Positions 17,476-30,200 of a stretch of 64,000 nt of DNA are shown here, in pieces; position 1 is the first letter of the stretch, and the number at the start of each line of letters is the position of its first letter. The notes below the pieces were generated by a model. The model was not told the origin of the DNA and did not search any database. It saw only the letters and a program-made list of their open reading frames with translations. The DNA lies in the NCBI GenBank assembly GCA_964035545.1, contig OZ037765.1, positions 15,324,698-15,388,697 on the forward strand. The letters run 5' to 3'. Origin of the DNA: Bugula neritina. Taxonomy: Eukaryota; Animalia; Bryozoa. Made by a program: the position numbers and the translations under genes.

Positions 17476-18232
17476 CACAGGATAGTTAAGGGTATCCTCA
17501 GCAAGAATATCATAAATTTCTCTCAAAATTTAGTTCAGGTTCTTGAATAATATTGCTCTGCGGGTGGCATGCGTGTTGCCTACTTGCAATTGTTTAGCCT
17601 AAGATTAAACTACAACCAATAAGCAGCAACCTCCATTAGGGCTGCGTCATCTATCAACATTCCAATTATGGGTATTACATAAACAAAGCACCAAGCAAGC
17701 TATTCATTATAGCCTGCCAGCTAGCAAGCTTGTAATTATTATGTACGCGCAAATATTTTCTCATCTCTACGTGCTCATTGAAGCGTGAAGCACTGCGCGC
17801 TGCTAATTTACTATGAAAAAATATGGCATTTTCAGTGTATAAATCACCAATTTGTGGGCAATCTAGAAGAGTTATTGGAAAAAGAAAAAAACTTACCCTG
17901 GAGAAATATCTCAGGATTCCAGCAGTGCAATTTTTATTCAGATATCATGCTTTGCTGCTGAGATATTTTACTGGTACTGAAAAGTCAGCTTTTCAGGCAA
18001 AATTGGCCAAAATTGGGCAGTTTTTTGTCTATAACTTTGCAAAAAAAATTAAAATTGAAATTTCCAAAAAACTTACCCTGGAGAAAAAGAAGATCTACAG
18101 CATAGTTTTTAAATTTTGACTCTAGCACAATTAGGTGAGATTTTATTTTACCGCTACTGAATTCTTATATGATTACAATGCAAACCTCAGCAAGGCAGTT
18201 GCAGCTAAAAAGTTGCCCTTAACTATCCTGTG
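17476..18232. mobile_element. Non-autonomous TIR DNA transposon (MITE), copy 1, 757 bp; probable CMC (EnSpm/CACTA/Mirage-like) superfamily
   Basis: Perfect 17-bp TIRs: CACAGGATAGTTAAGGG (17476-17492) and CCCTTAACTATCCTGTG (18216-18232). AA is duplicated at 17474-17475 and 18233-18234 relative to the empty paralogous site TGTAACCTACT at about 11133-11143. No transposase ORF. The superfamily call is inferred from CAC...GTG ends plus a 2-bp TSD. Confidence 0.92.
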
Positions 18233-20812
18233 AACCTACTGAAATATGCTGTAGCACATTCAAATATACTGCAACGTACTGAAATATAATGCAAGTTACT
18301 ACAACATACTGAAATACACTGTGACATACTGAGATACACTGCAACATACTGCAACATACTGCAACATACTGAAATACACTGTAACATATTGAAATACACT
18401 GCAACACCTTGAAATATGTTGCAACACACTGAAAGATACGGCAACATACTGAAATATATTGCGACACATTGAAATATACTGCGCATACTGAAATATGCTG
18501 TAGCATACTGAAATACACTGCAACACACGGAAGCATACTGTAATATACAGAAATGTACTCAAACATACTGAAACATTGGTCAACATACTGAAAAGTACTG
18601 CAACATGCTGAAATACACTGCAACATACTGAAATACACTGTAATATAGTGAATTACACTGCAACATACTGCAACATACTGAAATACGCTGTAACATATTG
18701 AATTACACTGCAATACATTTAAATTTACTGCAACACACTGAAACATACTGCAACATACTGAAATATACTGCAACATATCGAAGTATATTGTAATATACAG
18801 TTATGTATTGTAACATACTGAAACATACTGAAAGCTACTGAAATATACTTCAACATACTGAATTATACTGCAACATACTGCAACATACTGAATTACACTG
18901 TAACATACTGAAATACACTGCAACACATTGAAATAAACAGCAACATACCTAAATATACGATAATATACTGAAATATACTGTAACACATTGAAAAACATTG
19001 CAACATACTGAAACATGCTGTAGCACACTAAAATATACTGCAACACACTGAAACATACGCCAACATACTGAAATCTACTGCAACACATTGGAATAAACTG
19101 CAACATACCTAAATGTACGGTAATATACTGAAATATACTGTTCACATTGAAAAACACTGCAACATACTGAAATATGCTGTAGCACACTGAAATACACTGC
19201 AACTCACTGAAATATAGCGTAATATACAGAAATGTACTGTAACATACTGAAATATACTGTAACACACTGAAATACAGTGTAAAATACTGAAATATACTGC
19301 AACATACTGCAACATACTGAAATACACTGTAACCTACTGATATACACTGCAATATACTACAACATACTGAAATACACTGTAACATATTGAAATACGCTGC
19401 AACACATTGAAATATACTGCAACATACCGAAATATATGGTAAACTAATGAAATATACTGTAACACATTGAAAAATACTGCAACATACTGAAATATACTGT
19501 AACACACTGAAATATACTGCAACATACTGAAATACACTGTAACATACTGAAATATTCTGCAACAAACTGAAATACACTGTAACATACTGAAATATACTGC
19601 AACCTACTGCAACATACTGAAATACACTGGAACATATTGAAATACACTACAACACATTGAAATATACTGCAACACACTAAAACATACAGCAACATACTGA
19701 AATATACTGAGACCCATTGAGATATACTGCAACATGGTTAAATATAATGCAAGGTACTGCAACATACTGAAATACACTCTGACATACTGAAATACACTGC
19801 AACATACTGCAACGTACTGAAATGCACTGCAACACATTGAAATAAACCGCAAAATACCTAAATATACGGAATATACTGAAATATACTGTAACACATTGAA
19901 AAACTTTGCAACATACTGAAACATACTGAAATATGCTGTAGCACACTGAAATACACCGCAATTCACTGAAATATAGTGTAATATACGGAAATGTACTGTA
20001 ACATACTGAAATATACTGTAACAGACTGAAATGTACTGTAACACATTGAAATATACTGCAACATGCTGAAATACACTGTAACATACTGAAATATACTGCA
20101 ACATACCGCAACAAACCGAAATACACTCCAACATACTACAACATACTGAAATACATTGTAACATATCGAAGTACACCGCAACACATTGAAATATACTGCA
20201 ACATACCCAAATATATGGAAAACTACTGAAATATACTGTAACACATTGAAACATACTGCAAAATACTAAAATACACTGCAACACATTGAAGTATACTGTA
20301 ATATATAGAAATGTACTGTAAAATACCTAAACATACGACAACATACTAAAAAATATACTGCAACATACTGAATTACACTGCAATATACTGAAATGTACTT
20401 CAACATACTGAAACATACCTAAAATTATTGAAATATACTGAAATACAGTGTAGGATATTGAAATACACTGCAACAATTTTGAATATACATCAACATACCG
20501 AATTATATGGTCACCTACTGAAATATGTTGCAAACTACTGAAATATACTGCAACATACTGCAACATAATGAAATATACTATAACACACTGGAATAAACTG
20601 CAAAATACTAAAATATACTGTAACATACTGAAACATACTGCAACATACCGAAATAACTGTAACATACTGAAACATACTGCAAGATACTGCAATGTACTGA
20701 AATACACTGTAACATACTGAAATACACTGCAACATACTGCAACATACTGACATACACTGGAACATACTGAAATACACTGCAACATACTACAACATACTGA
20801 AATACACTGTAA
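18233..20812. repeat. 10-bp-monomer satellite array, segment 2
   Basis: Same monomer family, between MITE copies 1 and 2. Confidence 0.98.
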
Positions 20813-21569
20813 CACAGGATAGTTAAGGGTATCCTCAGCAAGAATATCATAAATTTCTCTCAAAATTTAGTTCAGGTTCTTGAATAATATTGCTCTGCGG
20901 GTGGCATGCGTGTTGCCTACTTGCAATTGTTTAGCCTAAGATTAAACTACAACCAATAAGCAGCAACCTCCATTAGGGCTGCGTCATCTATCAACATTCC
21001 AATTATGGGTATTACATAAACAAAGCACCAAGCAAGCTATTCATTATAGCCTGCCAGCTAGCAAGCTTGTAATTATTATGTACGCGCCAATATTTTCTCA
21101 TCTCTACGTGCTCATTGAAGCGTGAAGCACTGCGCGCTGCTAATTTACTATGAAAAAATATGGCATTTTCAGTGTATAAATCACCAATTTGTGGGCAATC
21201 TAGAAGAGTTATTGGAAAAAGAAAAAAACTTACCCTGGAGAAATATCTCAGGACTCCAGCAGTGCAATTTTTATTCAGATATCATGCTTTGCTGCTGAGA
21301 TATTTTACTGGTACTGAAAAGTCAGCTTTTCAGGCAAAATTGGCCAAAATTGGGCAGTTTTTTGTCTATAACTTTGCAAAAAAAATTAAAATTGAAATTT
21401 CCAAAAAACTTACCCTGGAGAAAAAGAAGATCTACAGCATAGTTTTTAAATTTTGACTCTAGCACAATTAGGTGAGATTTTATTTTACCGCTACTGAATT
21501 CTTATATGATTACAATGCAAACCTCAACAAGGCAGTTGCAGCTAAAAGGTTGCCCTTAACTATCCTGTG
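20813..21569. mobile_element. Same MITE, copy 2, 757 bp (passively duplicated with flanking satellite)
   Basis: Same TIRs, same AA TSD and same flanks as copy 1, exactly 3337 bp downstream. About 4 substitutions versus copy 1. Confidence 0.92.
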
Positions 21570-24249
21570 AACCTACTGAAATATGCTGTAGCACATTCAA
21601 ATATACTGCAACGTACTGAAATATAATGCAAGTTACTACAACATACTGAAATACACTGTGACATACTGAGATACACTGCAACATACTGCAACATACTGCA
21701 ACATACTGAAATACACTGTAACATATTGAAATACACTGCAACACCTTGAAATATGTTGCAACACACTGAAAGATACGGCAACATACTGAAATATACTGCG
21801 ATACATTGAAATATACTGCGCATACTGAAATATGCTGTAGCATACTGAAATACACTGCAACACACGGAAGCATACTGTAATATACAGAAATGTACTCAAA
21901 CATACTGAAACATTGGTTAACATACTGAATTGTACTGCAACATGCTGAAATACACTGCAACATACTGAAATACACTGTAATATACTGAATTACACTGCAA
22001 CATACTGCAACATACTGAAATACGCTGTAACATATTGAATTACACTGCAATACATTTAAATTTACTGCAACACACTGAAACATACTGCAACATACTGAAA
22101 TATACTGCAACATATCGAAGTATATTGTAATATACAGTTATGTATTGTAACATACTGAAACATACTGAAAGCTACTGAAATATACTTCAACATACTGAAT
22201 TATACTGCAACATACTGCAACATACTGAATTACACTGTAACATACTGAAATACACTGCAACACATTGAAATAAACAGCAACATACCTAAATATACGATAA
22301 TATACTGAAATATACTGTAACACATTGAAAAACATTGCAACATACTGAAACATGCTGTAGCACACTGAAATACACTGCAACATACTGAAATACACTGTAA
22401 CATACTGAAATATTCTGCAACAAACTGAAATACACTGTAACATACTGAAATATACTGCAACCTACTGCAACATACTGAAATACACTGGAACATTATGAAT
22501 TACACTGCAACACATTGAAAAATACTGCAACATACCGAAATATATGGTGACCTACTGAAATATGTTGCAAACCACTTAAATATACTGCAACATGCTGCAA
22601 CATAATGAAATATACTGTAACATACTGAAATATACTGCAACATACTGAAATATACTGCAAGATGCTGCAACATACTGAAATACACTGTGACATATTGAAA
22701 TACACTGCAATATACTGCAACATTTTGACATACACTGGAACATATTGAAATACACTGCAACAAATTGAATAAACTGCAACACACTGAAGCATACGCCAAC
22801 ATACTGAAATTTACTGCGACACATTGAGATATACTGCAACATAGTTAAATATAAGGCAAGATACTGCAACATACTGAAATACACTCTGACATACTGAAAT
22901 ACACTGCAACATACTGCAACATACTGAAATACACTGACACACATTGAAATGAACCGCAACATACTTAAATATACAGTAACATACTGAAATATACTGTAAC
23001 ACATTGAAAAACATTGCAACATACTGAAACATACTGAAATATGCTGTAGCACACTGAAATACACCGCAATTCACTGAAAAATAGTGTAATATACGGAAAT
23101 GTACCGTAACATACTGAAATATACTGTAACAGACTGAAATGTACTGTAACACACTGAAATATACTACAACATGCTAAAATACACTATAACATACTGAAAT
23201 ATACTGCAACATACTACAACATACTGAAATACACTGTAACATATTGAAATACACCGCAACACATTGAAATATACTGCAACATACCGAAATATATGGCAAA
23301 CTACTGAAATATACTGTAACACATTGAAACATACCGCAAAATACTAAAATACACTGTAACACACTGAAGTATACTGTAATATATAGAAATGTACTGTAAA
23401 ATACTTAACCATACGACAACATACTAAAAAATATACTGCAACATACTGAATTACACTGAGTTATACTGAAATATACTTCAACATACTGAAACATACCTAA
23501 AAATATTGAAATTAACTGAAATACACTGTAACATACTGAAATACACTGCAACATACTGCAACATACTGACATATTCTGGAACATACTGAAGTACACTGCA
23601 ACATACTACAACATACTGAAATAAACTGTAACCTATTGAAATATGCTGTAGCACACTGAAATACACTGCAACATACTGCAACATGCTGCAACATACTGAA
23701 ATACACTGCAACACATTGAAATAAACCGCAACATACCTAAATATACGGTAATATACTGAAATATACTGTAACACATTGAAAAACATTGCAACATACTGCA
23801 ACATACCGAATTACGCTCCAACACATTGAAAGATAATGCAAAATACTGAAGCATACGGCAACATACTGAACTATACTGCAACACATTGAAAGATACTGCA
23901 ACATACTGAAATATGCTGTAGAATACTGAAATACACTGCAACACACTGAAGTATACTGTAATATAAAGAACTGTACTGTAAAACACTGAAACATACGACA
24001 ACCTAAAGAAATATACTGCAACATACTGAAATATACTTCAACATACTGAAACATACCTAAAAAAATTGAAATATACTGCAAGATACTGCAACATACTGAA
24101 ATACACTGTGACATACTGAAATACACTGCAACATACTGCAACATACTGACACACACTGGAACATATTGAAATACACTGCAACAAATTGAAATAAAGTGCA
24201 ACACACTGAAACATACGCCAACATACTGAAATATACCGCAACACATTGG

Positions 24250-27200
24250 AATAAACTGCAACATACCTAAATATACGGTAATATACTGAAATATACTGTT
24301 CACATTGAAAAACACTGCAACATACTGAAATATGCTGTTGCACACTGAAATACACTGCAACTCACTGAAATATAGTGTAATATATAGAAATGTACTGTAA
24401 CATACTGAAATATACTGTAACATACTGGAATACACTGTAGCATATTGAAATACACTGCAACACCTTGAAATATACTGCAACACACTGAAAGATACGGCAA
24501 CATACCGAAATATACCGCGACACATTGAAATATACTGCAGCATACTGAAATATGCTGTAGCATACTGAAACATACTGTAACACACTGAAATATACAGCAA
24601 CATACTGAAATACATTGTAACATACTGAAATATACTGCAACATACTGAAATACACTGTAACATACTGCAACATACTGCAACATACTGCAACATACTGAAA
24701 TACACTGTAACATACTGAAATACACTGCGACATACTGCAACATACTGAAATACACTGGAACATATTGAAACACACTACATTACTTTGAAATATACTGCAA
24801 CACACTGAAACATACAGCAACGTACTGAAATATACTGCGACACATTGAAATATATGGCAATATAGTTAAATATAATGCAAGATACTGCAACATTCTGAAA
24901 TACACTGTGACATACTGAAATACACTGCAACATACTGCGACATACTGCGACATACTGCAACATACTGAAATACACTGTAACATATTGAAGTGCACTGCAA
25001 CACATTGAAATATTCTGCAACACACTGAAACATATGGCAACATACTGAAATATACTGCAACACATTGAAATGTACTGCAACATAGTCAAATATAATGCAA
25101 GATACTGCAACATTCTGAAATACACTGTGACATACTGAAATACACTGCAACATACTGCAACATACTGCAACATACTGCAACATACTGCAACATACTGAAA
25201 AACATTGAAATATACTGCAACATACTGAAATATTCTGTAGTATACTGAAATACACTGCAACACACTGAAGTATACTGTAAAAGACAGAAATATACTGTGA
25301 CATTATGAAATATACTGCAAGATACTGCAACATGCTGAAATACACTGTGACATACTGAGATACACTGCAACACACTGCAACATACTGCAACATACTGAAA
25401 TACACTGTAACATATTGAAATACGCTGCAACACATTGAAATATACTGCAACACAATGGAAAATACGGCAACATACTGAAATAAACTGCGACACATTGAAA
25501 TATACTGCAACATACTGAAACATGCTGTAGCATACTGAAATACACTGCAACACACTGAAGTATACTGTAATATACAGAAATGTACTGTAACATACTGAAA
25601 CATACGTCAACATACTGAAATGTACTGCAACATGCTGAACTATACTGCAGCATACCGAAAAACACTGTAATATACTGAAAAAAACTGCAACATACTGAAA
25701 TAAGCTGTAACATATTGAAATACACTGCAACATATTGTAATATACTGCAACATACTGAATCATACGGCAACATACTGAAATATACTGCAACACATTGAAA
25801 TATACTGCAACATACTGAAATATGCTGTAGCATACTGAAATACATTGCAACACACTGAAGCATACTGTAATATGCAGAAACGCACTGCAACATACTGAAA
25901 TATATCGAAACAAACCGAAATTTATGGTATACTGAAATATGTTGCAAACTACTAAAATATACTGCAACATACCGAAAAATACTGCAACTGTGCAATATAA
26001 TGAAATATACTGCAAAGATACTGAAATATACCGCAACAATTTAAAAGTTACTGTATGGTACTGAAATATACTGAAACACACTACAACATACTGCAACATA
26101 CTGCAACATACTGAAATACACTGTAACATCTTGAAATACACTGCAACACCTTGAAATATACTGCAACACACTGAAAGATATGGCAACATACTGAAATATA
26201 CTGCGACACATGGAAATACACTGCAGCATACTGAAATATGCTGTAGCATACTGAAATACACTGCAACACACTGAAGTATACTGTATTATACAGAAATGTA
26301 CTCAAACATACTGAAACATTAGTCAACATACTGAAACGTACTGCAACATGCTGAAATATACTGCAACATACTGAAATACACTGTAATATACTGAATTACA
26401 CTGCAACATACTGCAACATACTGAAATACGCTGTAACATGTTGAATTACACTGCAATACATTGAAATATACTGCAGCATACTGAATCATACGGCAACATA
26501 CTGAAATATACTGCAACATACTGAAACATACTGAAATATATTGGAAACATGTATACCGAAACATACGGCAACATAATGAAATATACTGTATTACACTGAA
26601 ATATACAGCATAATACTGAATTATGTTGTAACATACTGAAACATACTGCAACATACTGAAATATACTTCAACGTACTAAAACATACTGCAACATACTGCA
26701 ACATACTAAAATACACTGTAACATACTGAAATACACTGCAACACATTGGAATAAACTGCAACATACCTAAATATACGGTAATATACTGAAATACACTGTT
26801 CACATTGAAAAACACTGCAACATACTGAAATATGCTGTAGCACACTGAAATACACTGCAATTCACTGAAATATAGTTTAAAATACGAAAATGTACTGTGA
26901 CATACTGAAATATACTGTAACACACTAAAATATACTGCAACATACTGAAATACACTGTAAAATACTGAAATATACTGCAACATACGGCAACATACTGAAA
27001 TACACTGTAAGCTACTGAGATACACTGCAATATACTACAACATACTGAAGTACACTGTAGGATATTGAAAAACACTGCAATAAGTTGGAATATACCGCAA
27101 CATACCGAAATATATGGTAACCTACTCAAATAGGTTGCAAACCACGTAAATATACTGCAACATACTGCAACATAATGAAATATACTGTAACACACTGAAA

Positions 27201-30200
27201 TATACTGCAACATACTGAAATATACTGCAAGATACTGCAACATACTGAAATACACTGCAACATACTGCAACATACTGACATACACTGGAATATATTGAAA
27301 TGCACTCCAACAAAATGAAATAAACTGCAACACACTGAAACATACGCCAACATACTGAAATTCACTGCAACACATTGGAATAAACTGAAGCATAATGAAA
27401 TATACTGTAACATACTGAAATATACTGTAACACATTGAAAAACATTGCAACATACTGAAACATGCTGTAGCACACTGAATTACACTGCAACATACTGAAA
27501 TACACTGTAAAATACTGAAATACACTGCAACATCCTGCAACATACTGAAGTACACTGTAACCTACTGAAATACACTGCAACATACTACAACATACTGAAA
27601 TACACTGTAACATTATGAATTACACTGCAACACATTGAAATATACTGCAACATACTGAAATATGCTGTAGAATACTGAAATACACTGCAACACCTTGAAA
27701 TATACTGCAACACACTGAAAGATACGACAACATACTGAAATATACTGCGACACATTGAAATATACTGCAGCATACTGAAATATGCTGTAGCATACTGAAA
27801 TACACTGCAACACACTGAAGTATACTGTAATATACAGAAATGTACTCAAACATACTGAAACATTGGTTCACATACTGAAATGTACTGCAACATGCTGAAA
27901 TATACTGCAACATACTGAAATACGCTGTAACATGTTGACTTACACTGCAATACATTGAAATATACTGCAACATACTGAATCATACGGCAACATACTGAAA
28001 TATACTTCAACACATTGAAATATACTGCAACATACTGAAATATGCTGTAGCATACTGAAATACATTGCAACACACTGGAGTATAGTGTAATATACAGAAA
28101 CGTACTGCAACATACTGAAATATACCGCAACAAACCGAAATTTATGGTATACAGAAATATGTTGCAAACTACTGAAACATACTGCAACATACCGAAAAAA
28201 CTGCAACTGTGCAACATAATGAAATATACTGCAAAAATACTGAAGTATACTGTAACATACTGAAAGATACTGCAACATACTGAAATACACCGTAACATAC
28301 TGAAAGACACCGCAAGATACTGCAACATACTGAATTGCACTGTAACATATCGAAATGCACTGCAACACATTCAAATTTACTGCAACATACTGAAACATAC
28401 TGCAGCATACTGAAATATACTGCAACATACTGAAACATACTGAAATATACTGGAAACATGTATACCGAAACATACGGCAACATAATGAAATATACTGCAA
28501 CATACCTAATTACGCTCCAACACATTGAAAGATTATGCAAAATACTGAAGCATACGGCGACATACTGAACTATACTGCAACACATTGAAATATACTGCAA
28601 CATACTGAAATATGCTGTAGAATACTGAAATACACTGCAACACCTTGAAATATACTGCAACACACTGAAAGATACGACAACATACTGAAATATACTGCGA
28701 CACATTGAAATATACTGCAGCATACTGAAATATGCTGTAGCATACTGAAATACACTGCAATACACTGAAGTATACTGTAATATACAGAAATGTACTCAAA
28801 CATACTGAAACATTGGTTCACATACTGAAATGTACTGCAACATGCTGAAATATACTGCAACATACTGAAATACGCTGTCACATGTTGACTTACACTGCAA
28901 TACATTGAAATATACTGCAACATACTGAATCATACGGCAACATACTGAAACATACTTCAACACATTGAAATATACTGCAACATACTGAAATATGCTGTAG
29001 CATACTGAAATACATTGCAACACACTGGAGTATAGTGTAATATACAGAAACGTACTGCAACATACTGAAATATACCGCAACAAACCGAAATTTATGGTAT
29101 ACAGAAATATGTTGCAAACTACTGAAACATACTGCAACATACCGAAAAAACTGCAACTGTGCAACATAATGAAATATACTGCAAAAATACTGAAGTATAC
29201 TGTAACATACTGAAAGATACTGCAACATACTGAAATACACCGTAACATACTGAAAGACACCGCAAGATACTGCAACATACTGAATTGCACTGTAACATAT
29301 CGAAATGCACTGCAACACATTCAAATTTACTGCAACATACTGAAACATACTGCAGCATACTGAAATATACTGCAACATACTGAAACATACTGAAATATAC
29401 TGGAAACATGTATACCGAAACATACGGCAACATAATGAAATATACTGTAACACACTGAAATATACAGCATAATACTGAGTTATGTTGTAACATACTGAAA
29501 CATACTGCAACATACTGAAATATACTTCAACATACTAAAACATACAGCAACATACTGCAACATACTAAAATACACTGTAACATACTGAAATACACCGCAA
29601 CACATTGGAATAAACTGCAACATATCAAAATATACGGTAATATACTGAAATATACTGTTCCCATTGAAAAACACTGCAACTTACTGAAATATGCTGTAGC
29701 ACACTGAAATACACTGCAACTCACTGAAATATAGTTTAATATCTGAAAATGTACTGTGACATACTGAAATATACTGTAACACACTGAAATATACTGCAAC
29801 ATACTGCAACATACTGAAATACACTGTAATCTACTGAAATACACTGCAATATACTACAACATACTGAAGTACACTGTAGGATATTGAAAAACACTGCAAT
29901 ACTTTGGAATATACCGCAACATACCGAAATATATGGTAACCTACTGAAATAGGTTGCAAACCACGTAAATATACTGCAACATACTGCAACATAATGAAAT
30001 ATACTGTAACATACTGAAATATACTGCAACATACTGAAATAAACTGCAACATACTGCAACATACTGAAATACACTGTGACATACTGAAATACACTGCAAC
30101 ATACTGCAACATACTGACATACACTGGAATATATTGAAATACAGTGCAACAAGATGAAATAAACTGCAACACACTGAAACATACGCCAACATACTGAAAT

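Larger units (their letters stand above)
15820..22370. repeat. Tandem segmental duplication, unit about 3.34 kb, containing the MITE (about 15820-19030 / 19165-22370)
   Basis: Offsets 3347 then 3337 across the satellite flanks and the MITE (15987/19334, 16626/19963, 17476/20813, 18219/21556). Confidence 0.92.

Noticed and set aside
17486-17492. Telomere-like TTAAGGG, or the array as a telomeric repeat
   Set aside because: The motif occurs once per TIR, and the satellite has no G-tract strand and is too heterogeneous for telomerase products.
17479-17498. Small hairpin AGGATA-GTTAAGGG-TATCCT at the left end of the MITE
   Set aside because: The stem is only 6 bp (5 bp in copy 3) and is not matched at the right end, so it is too weak to call.
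17476-17510. RAG/Transib-like element (CACAG start resembles the RSS heptamer CACAGTG)
   Set aside because: Only 5 of 7 bases match, there is no nonamer at 12 or 23 bp spacing, and the TSD is 2 bp rather than 5 bp.
17823-18119. 98-aa plus-strand ORF intact in all three MITE copies (also 21160-21456 and 39404-39700)
   Set aside because: Copy 1 versus copy 3 shows about 13 non-synonymous and 3 synonymous changes, consistent with neutral drift. It has no recognisable transposase motif, its K/F/I richness reflects A/T tracts, and intactness is unsurprising at about 5% divergence.
17486-18222. Inner TTAA-GGG...CCC-TTAA element (piggyBac/Kolobok-like, TTAA TSD)
   Set aside because: TTAA is palindromic and simply lies inside the TIR. 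The empty sites show the mobile unit extends to the outer CAC...GTG.
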